A stretch of 64,000 bases of DNA from Eledone cirrhosa (taxonomy: Eukaryota): the NCBI GenBank assembly GCA_964016885.1, contig OZ024742.1, forward strand, positions 11,904,001 to 11,968,000, read 5' to 3'. The notes beneath the pieces are model-generated. The model made no database searches. It saw nothing but the letters and a program-made list of their open reading frames with translations, and had not been told where the DNA came from. This document shows, one piece after another, positions 38,307-50,324 of this stretch; the stretch's first letter is position 1; each line of letters opens with the position of its first letter. Position numbers and translations under genes: made by a program.

Positions 38307-39335
38307 TGAGTTGAGATGGAGGGTCTGTGGTTTTTCTCACATCTGGTTGGTCTCTAAATGTTACTTGTTTTATATGGAAAAAGTGGCTCGAAAACCAGGT
38401 TTTTCGAGAAGTAATTTGATTGGTTTGTCAATAATTATAATAAATTTCGCGCCAGTTCGCGTTACAATAGTTCTTCAAATAAGAGAGAGGGGGGGGTGTC
38501 ACAGGTTGTTTTTTCATATATGAGTGTTTGAATTTCTTTTTACTTGAAAAAATGAGGCTCACGAAGGCTTTTTTTTGGTTGGTTTTAAATGAAATTTGGC
38601 TGTCACGTGAACAAGTTTTCATTACATTTTTGCGCCCTTATTTGGAAAACTATTCTGTTGTCTTTATAGTGAATGTTATGACAATGGAGAGATAGTGGTC
38701 AAGGGAAAAGGGATTGGGAGAAATGTTCTGGTTCAGTGAATATGGCCAGCTGTCAGAGTTCAGGTGTCAGAGTTCAGATTTTCTATTGAGACTGAAGATA
38801 TGTTTATTTGTGTGCTTGTGTGTGTGTATATATGTGTGTGTGTGTGTGTATGTGTGTATTGGAAGTTGATTCTATTAGTAGAGATGGGGGAGGGAGTTGT
38901 GTGTGTGTGTATATGGGTGTTATGTGTGTGTGTGCGAGTATGTTAGATAGAGAGAATATATATTTTGTGTGTGTGTATATATATCTGTGTGTAGGAAAGT
39001 GGTTCTATTAGTAGAAATGGGGAGTGTGTTGTAGGTGTGGGGGTTGTTTTGTGTGTGTATGGGTGTTATGTGTGTGGGAGTATGGTTAGCATGTTAAGAT
39101 GAAGAGAATATATATATATATATTGTGTGTGTGTGTATGTGTGTGTGTAGGAAAATGATTCCTTTAGTAGGAATATTTTTGAATGAACATATTTTCCTGA
39201 CTTTTTCGTGTTTGCTGTTGTATTGCCAGTGCAAACGTATGTTTAAGGTTTATTTAGTTCGGGTTTTTATTTTCTAAAGTAGAAGGTGTTATGTGTGTGT
39301 GTGTATGTCATATTGTGGTGTTGACATAATGTATA

Positions 39336-41606
39336 TTAAACCTTATTTAATGTTGGTCTATATTTTTGAATAAACATATTTTCCTTATTTATTCGCATTT
39401 GTTCTGTTGTATTGTTAGCGCAAAGGTAAAATGGGAAGACTTGGAATTTGGGTGTCTTATTACTTGCGCAAATGTCTAGATGTGCACTTAGTGATATCTG
39501 TCTCGTGGTTGGATCTCGTAATTGTTGGCGATGAACTGTCATTCTGTTTCTGAGTGTGAGTTTAGTTTGTCCTATATAATCTTCATTGCATCCTTTACAT
39601 TTAATGGCATAAATTAGATTTTTTGATGAGCAAGTGAAGTGATTTTTTACAGTAAAATTGTGTCCTGATTTAAATGTATACGTGTTGCCTTCAATGAGGT
39701 GAGTGCAGGTTCCACAATTAGAGCGACCACATTTTTTGATACTTGGTTGTGGGTTTGTGGTAGGTAATTTGGCATTGGTGAGTAATGTTTTCAGTGATTT
39801 TGGTTGTCTTTTGCTTTTGATTATTTTGTGTGTTTCAAGGGCTTTTTTCATTCTTGGGTTTTGTTTTAGTAGTGGGATGTTATTGTGAATAGTGTTGTAA
39901 GCTTCCGCATTTCTTGGGTTGTGTGTTGAGATATATGATAGAATATTGGACGTACCTTGAATTTGTTTCTGTTTGCGTAATTCATCAATGCCTATTGCTT
40001 TAGCCCTTTCTATTCCATTATTTATTAGTAATAGTGGGTACTCTCTCTCAAGTAGAATTTCCTTTAATTCTTGAAGTCTTTTATTTCGCGTTTCATAATT
40101 GTAGACAATTGTGCAAATTCTTCTTGCTAGGTTAAAAGGAATGTTCGTCTTCGTGTGCTTTGGATGGTTGGAGGTGAATAGCAGATATTGTTTGGAATCT
40201 GTTGGTTTGTAGTGTATGTCAGTTTCGATATTTGTGTCTTTTTTTGTGATTAAGATGTCCAGAAATGGGAGTTGATCTTGGCTGTATTCCATTGTGAATT
40301 GGATGTGGTTATTGATGCCGTTTATTAAGTCTTTGAAATCCTTCAGTTGGTCGAGTGTGTGGGACCAAAGAATGAGGCAATCATCCAAGTAGCGTTTCCA
40401 ATTCTCTGATAAATATTTGTGGAAGTTCAATCCGTATTTTGATTTGGACTGTTCATATATCTGGACTTCTAAGTATGCCATGACTAAGTTGGCATAAGTT
40501 GGAGCGGCTTTTGTGCCCATCGCAGTCCCCGATATTTGCTTGTAAGTATTGCCATCGAAATCAAAAAAGTTGTTCTGTAGGATGAATTTTAATCCCTCGG
40601 TGATGAAGCTTTTTTCTATTCTGTCAGGTATCTCATTGGGATATTTCTCTAGCCAGAATCCTATTGCTTCTAGTCCGTATTGGTGTGGGATCGTTGTGTA
40701 GAGATTCACTACATCGAAAGACACAATAATAGTGTCGTTGTTGACATGTTTGGGGAGGTGGTTTAAGAGGTCCAGATCGTCTCTTACAAGGCTTGGTATG
40801 TGTTTCAGTATTGGTTTCAGTAGTATGTCTATAAAGTTGCTCAATCTGTGTGTTTCACATTGTGGGCCCGCTACAATTGGTCTTAATTTAAGGTCTGTGG
40901 GGTATTGTGTGTTCACGCAGGCTGAGGTGGATTGTTTACAGGCATCGTTGATTATTTTACATTTGTGGATCTTCGGAAGTCCGTAAAGGTTACTGGTTTT
41001 GTATTCAAAATTTGTTAAATAATCGCGTTCCTTTTTAGTTAGGTCTTCCTGGTATCGATAAATCAGTGTGTTTAACTTGGTCATTATTTTTGATTGCTGG
41101 TAGTTGTTTACTCTTTCATAGTAATTAGCATTTTGTAAGAGAGAGAACATAGAATTTTTATATTTTTCAGCCTCCATAATGACAACAGCACTTCCCTTGT
41201 CCGCTTCCTTAATTACAATGTCCGGATTGTTTTTTAGTTCATGGATAATCTCCCATTCCCTTCGACTTGTGTTGGGTTTGGGTTTAGGTTGCGGTAGTTC
41301 ATGGTATGGGAAGGTAGCTATGTGGTCACAAAATTTGTCCAGAACTTTGTTTCTACCTTTTGTTGGGTTGTAGCTGCTTTTATTCCGTACAATTGATTCG
41401 TCGTTATTCTCCTTGTCAAAGAATTCCTCTGTGAGACGTAATTTTCTACAGAAGTGTGAGATATCGTCATTTATCTCGTTGGGGTTAGGATATTGTGGTG
41501 TTGGTGTGAATTTCAGACCTTTGGAGAGAATTTTTACTTGTTGGGCTGAGAGGTTTGTATTTGAAATGTTAATTATTTTCGGTTTTTCAAAATCGGTTTG
41601 TGCCAC
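39336..41606 (-). CDS. PLE reverse transcriptase with C-terminal GIY-YIG endonuclease (756-aa uninterrupted frame; true start unresolved)
   Basis: LSKGLKFTP, ADKGSAVVIM, YGLPKIHK, SFDVVNLYT, GTAMGTKAAP, RYLDDC, FLDI, Cys linker CGRSNCGTC, LIYAIKCKGCNEDYIGQT. Confidence 0.95.
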   Translation of the reverse strand: MAQTDFEKPKIINISNTNLSAQQVKILSKGLKFTPTPQYPNPNEINDDISHFCRKLRLTEEFFDKENNDESIVRNKSSYNPTKGRNKVLDKFCDHIATFPYHELPQPKPKPNTSRREWEIIHELKNNPDIVIKEADKGSAVVIMEAEKYKNSMFSLLQNANYYERVNNYQQSKIMTKLNTLIYRYQEDLTKKERDYLTNFEYKTSNLYGLPKIHKCKIINDACKQSTSACVNTQYPTDLKLRPIVAGPQCETHRLSNFIDILLKPILKHIPSLVRDDLDLLNHLPKHVNNDTIIVSFDVVNLYTTIPHQYGLEAIGFWLEKYPNEIPDRIEKSFITEGLKFILQNNFFDFDGNTYKQISGTAMGTKAAPTYANLVMAYLEVQIYEQSKSKYGLNFHKYLSENWKRYLDDCLILWSHTLDQLKDFKDLINGINNHIQFTMEYSQDQLPFLDILITKKDTNIETDIHYKPTDSKQYLLFTSNHPKHTKTNIPFNLARRICTIVYNYETRNKRLQELKEILLEREYPLLLINNGIERAKAIGIDELRKQKQIQGTSNILSYISTHNPRNAEAYNTIHNNIPLLKQNPRMKKALETHKIIKSKRQPKSLKTLLTNAKLPTTNPQPSIKKCGRSNCGTCTHLIEGNTYTFKSGHNFTVKNHFTCSSKNLIYAIKCKGCNEDYIGQTKLTLRNRMTVHRQQLRDPTTRQISLSAHLDICASNKTPKFQVFPFYLCANNTTEQMRINKENMFIQKYRPTLNKV

Positions 41607-42036
41607 CGGGTGTCGTGAGTCCTGTAGCCTTGGTCTAAAAAATGATTTTTCTGGAATGTTTTTTCATTGGTATTATTATATCTAATGGTATTTCCCCTGT
41701 TGTTGTGTGGTCTTGTATAGAAGTTTCGGACGTATTGAGGTTCGGTTTGTTGATAGTCCGGGTTGTAGATTTGGTTCCTTTGTGTGGGTTGGGATCTATG
41801 GTTTTGGAACAGGCTCTGTGTGAGCAGGGGTCTACGGTTTTGGAATAGGTTTTGTGTGGGTTGTGATCTGCGGATCAGGTCCTGCCTTGTTTTCGGGGAT
41901 CTTTGGTTTTTGTTAGTAGGGTTATAGTTTTGTCTATGGTTTCTGGGATTATCGTTATAGTTTTGCTGTGGGTATGTTGGACGTTTTGTTACTTTTTTTG
42001 TTATTTGTTGTGCATGTGGTGTGTGAGTTTTAGTTT
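41573..42036 (-). CDS. 5'-truncated upstream ORF of the PLE (Q/N/R/P-rich), overlapping the RT frame
   Basis: Open for ~154 codons from the inversion junction to a TAA at 41573. Internal repeats of RSQPTQ / LFQN. Ends ..KNHFLDQG.. Confidence 0.55.
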
Positions 42037-42676
42037 GTGCACATCTAGACATTTGCGCAAGTAATAAGACACCCAAATTCCAAGTCTTCCCATTTTACCT
42101 TTGCGCTAACAATACAACAGAACAAATGCGAATAAATAAGGAAAATATGTTTATTCAAAAATATAGACCAACATTAAATAAGGTTTAATATACATTATGT
42201 CAACACCACAATATGACATACACACACACACATAACACCTTCTACTTTAGAAAATAAAAACCCGAACTAAATAAACCTTAAACATACGTTTGCACTGGCA
42301 ATACAACAGCAAACACGAAAAAGTCAGGAAAATATGTTCATTCAAAAATATTCCTACTAAAGGAATCATTTTCCTACACACACACATACACACACACACA
42401 ATATATATATATATATATTCTCTTCATCTTAACATGCTAACCATACTCCCACACACATAACACCCATACACACACATAACAACCCCCACACCTACAACAC
42501 ACTCCCCATTTCTACTAATAGAACCACTTTCCTACACACAGATATATATACACACACACAAAATATATATTCTCTCTATCTAACATACTCGCACACACAC
42601 ACATAACACCCATATACACACACACACAACTCCCTCCCCCATCTTTACTAATAGAATCATCTTCCAATACACACAT

Positions 42677-42709
<33 letters not shown>

Positions 42710-43221
42710 AGCACACAAATAAACACATATCTTCAGTCTCAATAGAAAATCTGAACTCTGACACCTGAACTCTGACAGCTGGCCATATTCACTGAACCAG
42801 AACATTTCTCCCAATCCCTTTTCCCTTGACCACTATCTCTCCATTGTCATAACATTCACTATAAAGACTACAGAATAGTTTTCCAAATAAGGGCGCAAAA
42901 ATGTAATGAAAACTTGTTCACGTGACAGCCAAATTTCATTTATAACCAACCAAAAAAAAAGCCTTCGTGAGCCTCATTTTTTCAAGTACAAAGAAATTCA
43001 AACACTCATATATGAAAAAACAACCTGTGACAACCCCCCCCTCTCTTATTTGAAGAACTATTGTAACGCGAACTGGCGCGAAATTTATTATAATTATTGA
43101 CAAACCAATCAAATTACTTCTCGAAAAACCTGGTTTTCGAGCCACTTTTTCCATATAAAACAAGTAACATTTAGAGACCAACCAGATGTGAGAAAAACCA
43201 CAGACCCTCCATCTCAACTCA

Positions 43222-43259
43222 CCTTTTGAAAAGCAGAAGAACTGCGAAACCGGTAAAGG
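43222..43259 (+). ncRNA. Hammerhead ribozyme (U3-A8) in the inverted pseudo-LTR
   Basis: Identical to 38269-38306, on the opposite strand. Confidence 0.8.
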
Positions 43260-43332
43260 AACCAAATAAATATATATATTTTTTTAAAAAATAAGACTTC
43301 AGTTGCATTTTCGATTTCATCCCTTTTTCTTT

Positions 43333-43349
43333 ATATATATATATATATA

Positions 43350-43426
<77 letters not shown>

Positions 43427-43491
43427 TTATATATATACTTATATATATATATATATATATATATATACTTATATATATATATATATATATA

Positions 43492-43566
<75 letters not shown>

Positions 43567-43585
43567 TTATATATATATATATATA

Positions 43586-43618
<33 letters not shown>

Positions 43619-43655
43619 TTATATATATATATATATATACTTATACATATATATA

Positions 43656-43690
<35 letters not shown>

Positions 43691-43737
43691 TTATATACAT
43701 ATATATATATATACTTATATATATATATATATATATA

Positions 43738-43796
<59 letters not shown>

Positions 43797-43835
43797 TTAT
43801 ATATATATATATATATACTTATACATATATATACT

Positions 43836-43906
<71 letters not shown>

Positions 43907-43952
43907 TTATATATATACATATATATATATTTATATATATATACATATATAT
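43333..43952. repeat. Long (TA)n tract with periodic CTT interruptions
   Basis: Seen directly. Confidence 0.95.
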
Positions 43953-44162
43953 AATGAAGGCGTGTGGCTGAGTCGTTAGAGAATTTGATTTGCAATCGTG
44001 AGGTTGTGAGTTATCTCTCTGAGCAAGACATTTTATTTCATGTTGCTCCTTCTACATGGAGTTGCGACCGACAGATAGTATTAGCAATTGGAAAGACCAA
44101 TGGAAACATTGTTTCCTCGGTCCGATTTGACGAAAGTCGATCGTTCCTTTTTTTATATATAA

Positions 44163-44263
44163 TAATAATTGTTTCTACTTTTGGCACAAGGCCAGCAATT
44201 AACCAGTACATTACTGGTACTTTATTTTATCGACCGCGTAAGGATGAAAGACAAAGTTAACCT
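44163..44263 (-). mobile_element. SINE A 3' half
   Basis: Reverse-complement match to the body and tail. Confidence 0.8.
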
Positions 44264-44561
44264 CTACCTATTACATATGTTTCACTGCTGATCAGCTCGA
44301 GGAATGATCGAATAATGTTCGTTCCTGACTCTGGAATCGGAAGCTCCCCAGGTATGTGTTATCACATGTAGACGTCTCAATGTTGTTGAATTGTTAAACA
44401 TCCGATTCGTTATCTTACCACAGACTTTGGTAGAAGAAATGTCTGCAATACTGAGTCTTTATTATTATTGATACTCTGCTCCCCAAGAACATCCAGTGCA
44501 CATCTTGGTATACCGCCTGTGAACGCAATTGCACCTCTACAACTTTATATATATATAAGTT

Positions 44562-44742
44562 TATCCCGAGTTCAATCGGGGGTAACCACAGTAAGTAAGG
44601 CACTCAATACAAATCAGAGTATAAATATTTAATATAGAAAGGCTTCTACAGGACTAGAACTGTTTCATTCCGGAGAAATCATCAAGACTTCCTGATGATT
44701 TCTCTGGAATGAAACAGTTCTAGTCCTGTAGAAGCCTTTCTA

Positions 44743-44744
<2 letters not shown>
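44562..44744. mobile_element. Palindromic double-hammerhead mini-element (family A-HH; second copy ~46426-46602, fragments ~35051-35101 and ~53260-53276)
   Basis: 44633-44685 and 44691-44744 are inverted repeats. The same architecture and flank recur at 46.4 kb. Both lie between (TA)n tracts. Confidence 0.85.
44688..44734 (+). ncRNA. Type I hammerhead ribozyme with canonical core
   Basis: CUUC-CUGAUGA-U-UUC-UCUG-GAA-U-GAAA-CAG-UUCUAGUC-CUG-UA-GAAG. Stems I, II and III all form; triplet GUA. Confidence 0.8.
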
Positions 44745-44781
<37 letters not shown>

Positions 44782-45947
44782 CAAATATATATGTATTGGC
44801 CTTGGAAGTCTCCCATGTGACAGTAGGAATGTTGTTACTTCCACGTATGCTACACTTACCCTGTAGATACACAAGATAAAGTAATCTACGAAATTGTGGT
44901 CTTTCTTTGTTGTTACAAACGTGGCTCAATACTGGCATCGCTCCATCGACAACTACCCACACCACATTTCATCGTTTAGTTTTACAAAGATATTCCTGTG
45001 TGTGTCATGGAGTAAATGAAACTTAGGAAGTACTCAATACACTCTCCATACAGAAGAACTTTATATATTGAGGCCTTCTTATTGAGTCGCTACACCACAC
45101 CCATACAGTGTTGAACACATAGCCTTGTCTAGGGGTGTTAAGGTACCAAGGTTGTTAAGTGTGCATGAATCGTAAATATTTCAGCAAACTAGAAGGAGTT
45201 CCATAGTTTCTAATTGCCTGCATTTGAGAATCGTCATCGGTGGCACATCCCCATTTCTGAATGTTGGTTCTACAACGACCAACAACTGTTCGGAGACGAT
45301 TCAGGCAGGACCCGACGGACGAGGCATCACTGGAGCCAGGAGAGCCAACTGTGTGCTTACCAGAAACTAAACAACCCTCAAGACATTTTATCAGAGTAGC
45401 CCTTCACTTAGGTAGATGTTCTAACAAAAACTACAAGACACTCATTCCAATGTTGTTTTATATAGCACGCGTTCACTACTGCAACCCCTTCAAGGACACT
45501 GTGCATTATTGCTATTTATTTGTTGACCCCTTGCTAGTTTCACCCGTACTTTCTGTGTGTATGTGTGTGTATAACAATGTATATCTGTCTGTATATATGT
45601 GTGTATATGTGTATATATGTGGTATGTGTTTCTCTCTCTCCATTTCTAAATACTAGCAGGAAGTTTTACCAGGAAGTCCATTACTCTTCTGATATCTCCT
45701 CGTAAGTTAACTGTTGAAAGATGTCACGTGATGTGGGTGGTCTAGACGTCACGTGATTTGGTTGATCAGCTACTAAAGGTTACCGCAATGTTTAGAATAT
45801 AGGAAAGGGAAGTAATTAGACTGCGTTTGTATTGTCACATCAAAAGCGTAGAGGACATTTATTTTATATTCTTATACTTACACATCTGCCTGTGAATGAT
45901 TGGAACTTTCCGTCCATATGGTTTTGTTTCTTGAAATATAAATATAC

Positions 45948-46044
<97 letters not shown>

Positions 46045-46314
46045 CATATAAATACATACGTACACACACACAAATATATATATATATATATACATGTTTT
46101 TAATATCCGATGCCCTGGCATATGTATACATATTATTGCAAAGCTGTGTATTTGTGTAGGGTATGGCAATACTATAACTTAGTGGATAACATTTGAATGA
46201 AATTGCTGAAACTTATTGACTCTAAATAATTCCCACATAATCTTAAAGAACAGCTGTTCGAAATATGTTAGATTGAGTACTCCCAGTCTGTTGTTCCTAT
46301 ATATGCTAAGCTTG

Positions 46315-46408
<94 letters not shown>

Positions 46409-46632
46409 GTATATACATACATATATATCCCGGGTTCAATCGGGGGTAACGACAGTATGTGAGGTACTCAATACAAATCAGAGTATAAATATTTTATATA
46501 GAAAGGCTTCTACAGGACTAGAATTGTTTTGTTCGGAAAAATCATCAGGACTTCCTCATGATTTCTCCCGAATGAAACAGTTCTAGTAGAAGCCTTTCTA
46601 TATATATATATATTATATATATATATATTATA

Positions 46633-46675
<43 letters not shown>

Positions 46676-46679
46676 ATTA

Positions 46680-46804
<125 letters not shown>

Positions 46805-46845
46805 TTACATTTAAGAGTATGGGGAGATAGAGGCGTAGTACTACG

Positions 46846-46876
<31 letters not shown>

Positions 46877-46884
<8 letters not shown>

Positions 46885-47440
46885 GTTTGTATTTGTAAAG
46901 CCAAAACAATGCAGGTATGTTCATAGAATAAAGAATGCAAATGCAAAAGATATTGTTGATAATCAGTCTTTTACCTTAGATTTATTTAAATGTCCTTAAT
47001 TTTCGAGATAATATCTCTTCTTCGGAGGGAAGTAAAGCGGTTAAACCAGTGTTCTAAATAGCTTGCCACGTCATGCTCACAGGAAATGGTATAGGGTATC
47101 TGTTCTATCTCTAATGTCAAAGAGTTAAGGTTAGGTGGATCAAGAGTAGTCTCCCTTTAAAAGGGTTTTTTTGTACATACCTGTTTAAATGTGTGGGAGA
47201 ATGCGTGAAGGTGTAAGTATGTGTGTGTGTGTGAGAGTGTGAGAAGATATGTCTATACGTAAATGTGGGGGATAGATGTTCTCTCGTGTTAGAACTGGTC
47301 TTTGTGTGTGTATGTGTGTGTGTGTGAGAGAATAAGTGGCGGTGTAAGCACGCGTGTGTGTGTGTGTGCGCGTGCGTGTGTGTGTGCGTGTGTGTGGGAG
47401 GGGGGATGTAAGTATGGGGCTAGATGCTCTATCAAGTTAT
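46877..47440 (-). mobile_element. Solo pseudo-LTR of the PLE family at 4867-6552
   Basis: Colinear with ~4908-5462 and flanked by (TA)n on both sides. Confidence 0.88.
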
Positions 47441-47723
47441 ATATATATATAATTTATTTATGTTCATACACAGTACGATAGTGCTAGCCTAGTTTTCGAG
47501 GCCCAATATTGACGATATCTCCAGAATTTAAGAGAGATAAAAATGATGACCTATCGTCAGGAGCTTATACCAGTTTGTAAGACACCGTTGGAAAATTCTT
47601 CGTTATTATAACAAAGGTTTCAACCTCTTAGAGTATTTAAAACTAGCTCTATATAGGAGATATCAATAATTGTATGTAGTAATTTTTATGTTGAGGTTCC
47701 ACTCTGCAAATGCGTATTAATTA

Positions 47724-47912
47724 TTTCTACTTTTGGCACAAGACCAGCAATTATCCCAGTGTATTACTGATACTTTATTTTATCGACCCCGTAAGGATGA
47801 AACGTAAAGTTATCCTCGGCGGGATTTGAACTCAGACCATAAAAGGCCATAACTCTTCGCTGCAAAGCATGGCGTCCGACGCTCTACCGATACTGCCAAT
47901 CCACCGCCCAAT
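47724..47912 (-). mobile_element. SINE A copy with ~17-bp TSD
   Basis: CAAATGC(G/C)TATTAATTA on both sides. Confidence 0.88.
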
Positions 47913-49087
47913 CCAAATGCCTATTAATTAATACATATTTAGAGCCACATGAAATTAACCTTAGTGTTGAAACTACACTGTGTTCTGTAGATTCGTATGA
48001 GTATAAAACCGATTAAATCTGTCGTGTTTACCAATAATTTCGGTTCTCTCCAAGATACCAAACTATAATCCCAGAAAATTGCTTATTTGAATATGTTCTG
48101 TCATAATACGTCCATCCAAGAAAATACATTTTCTCACGTTGTCCTTAAATTATGTTCACGTCAACAGAGATTTTCTGACACTGTACGGGTGGCTACTTTA
48201 TATAGTCATATTTAACATGTTATATGTATACAACGCTTCAACTGTATTAGCATAATTATGGTATCATAGTTAAGGCGGATGGCTTTGTGGTTTAGAACGG
48301 CGGATTCAGAATTGTGAGGTTGCGGGTTCGATTTCCGGATTGGAGAGTGTGTTGTCTTCTTGAGCAACACACTTTATATTTCACATCGCACCAGCTCATT
48401 CAGCTGTAGACATGAGTTGCGACGTCAATAGTATCGAGCTGTGTGGGCCTTTGACTTTCCCTTGAGCAAAGTCATATATTGTATATATGCAGTATATATA
48501 TAATGTATATAAATAGTGTATGTATGAGTTGTGATCTCGCTGTTGCCAAGCTGTATCAGCCTTTGTCTTTTCCTTGAACAATACCTATACGGTATATATA
48601 TAGTGTATATATATTGTATATATGAGTTGTGATCTCACTGGTGCCAAGCTGTATCAGTTTTAGTCTTTCTCTTAGACAACATCGATGGTGTGGAGAGGGG
48701 GAGACTGGTATACATGGGCGACTGCTGGTCTTCCACAAATGACCTCGCCAGACTTGTGTCTCAGCAGGGAGTCTTTCTAGGTACAAAACCCATGGTCTTT
48801 CGCGATCGAAGACGGTTCTTCACCATTTATAATATCATATTCCTAGAAAGGGAATTAGTTTATTCTGATTCCTTATTTAAGAACGCCATCTAACACCAGA
48901 TCCTGCATCTGTCAATCAATTACAATCTCCATTAATGGAGTCTTGAATATGATTTTAAGCAGCTCGAAGAACTGATTCTGCAATTCGATCATTATCGATA
49001 CGAATTTCATATTATATTTCATATGTGACAGGTTTTTTCTATCCTGCCCTTACTTATGTTTCACGGCTGTATTATTATTCTCTGTGA

Positions 49088-49256
49088 GGGCGGTGGATGG
49101 CAGTATCGGTAGAGGGTCTGACGCCATGCTTTGCAGCAAAGAGTTACGGCCCTTGCCATTCTGAGTTCAAATCCCGCCGAGGTTAACTTTGCCTTTCATC
49201 CTTACGGGGTCGATAAAATAAAATACCAGTAATGTACTGGGTTATTGCTGGCCTTA
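49088..49256 (+). mobile_element. SINE A copy
   Basis: Consensus match. Confidence 0.88.
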
Positions 49257-49984
49257 TTCTCTGTTTGAAATATAAATCTAACTTGTTATGATTCAATATT
49301 TCTTCTACATTGATACCAAGCAGTAATTACAGGTATATTGCTGATAGTATTTGTCTGTCAATTCAAGAAGCTACTCTACGAAATCTTCCTGGGTCAAAAA
49401 CCTAAAAGTATGCTTATCAAATATGTATTAGTAAGATATTTAATTATTAAAGATGCTTTTAAACTTAATCTAAGATTAGCAACAGTTCTTTCTGAAATCT
49501 ATGGAGAGGCTTATTACGTCAGGTATATATCTTCCCATTGTCACCCACATCATCAGAAATTAATGTTTCTTGAATACAATTTTCGTAATATGAGCAATTC
49601 GAAATTCACGACAAAATATGATTCATATTTACACTTATCCAAGATTTATTTTCTTCGACCTATTTGTGCATTGTATGAGGTAAAACTCCACTTCATTTAT
49701 CATAAATGGGAATGTTTTTACATATATATATTTCATATATTCTCAGTACCCTCTCCTGCTTCTAAGTCCAACCTCTTCCTGGTTATTGCTAGGTTATTGT
49801 GTCTATTATCGTGCACTACATTTTTCATCTATACTCTCATAAAGTTGAGCAGAATAATGTTGTTCTTCGCTACACAAAATACCATCTAAATCTCGTACCA
49901 TCTTTTTCCATCTCCTGAATGGCAGTTTAACAGAAGAAGTACTGACATTATCATTAGAATTTCTTTGTAATATACAAGATAGAA

Positions 49985-50150
49985 TATTATCTATGGTCAT
50001 GAATCTTGGGTAATGATTGGATGAATAACAACGCGAATACAAGCGGCCGAAAAGGGTTTCTTCCGAAGAGTCTTTGGAGTAACGTTAAATGATAGAGTGA
50101 GTAGGTGAGATATAAGAGAATCACTCCAGCTAGAGCTGCTACTTCTCTGA
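49985..50150 (+). mobile_element. RTE LINE fragment
   Basis: YGHESWVM..ITTRIQAAEKGFFRRVFGVTLNDRV. Confidence 0.75.
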
Positions 50151-50156
50151 ATACCT

Positions 50157-50244
<88 letters not shown>

Positions 50245-50324
50245 ACACACATATATACACACATACACACGCATATACATATACACATACACTCATACAC
50301 ACTCATATACATATACTAGGAACT

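Larger units (their letters stand above)
38128..43335 (-). mobile_element. Neptune-type Penelope-like retroelement with inverted pseudo-LTRs, inserted in (TA)n
   Basis: Arms ~38193-39487 and 42037-43335 are near-identical inverted repeats whose junction is at GTGCAC. An extra ~60-bp tail is on the 3' arm only. (TA)n on both sides. Confidence 0.95.

Noticed and set aside
43049-43095. Second possible hammerhead in the Neptune pseudo-LTR (GCG-AACUGG-CGC-GAAA)
   Set aside because: No correctly spaced core heptamer and no stem I.
43303-43971. YI/CV/HT/RE dipeptide-repeat ORFs here and throughout the window
   Set aside because: Translations of (TA)n, (TG)n, (CA)n and (GA)n.
49338-49889. 183-aa ORF
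   Set aside because: Non-ATG start, AT-rich composition and no recognisable motif.
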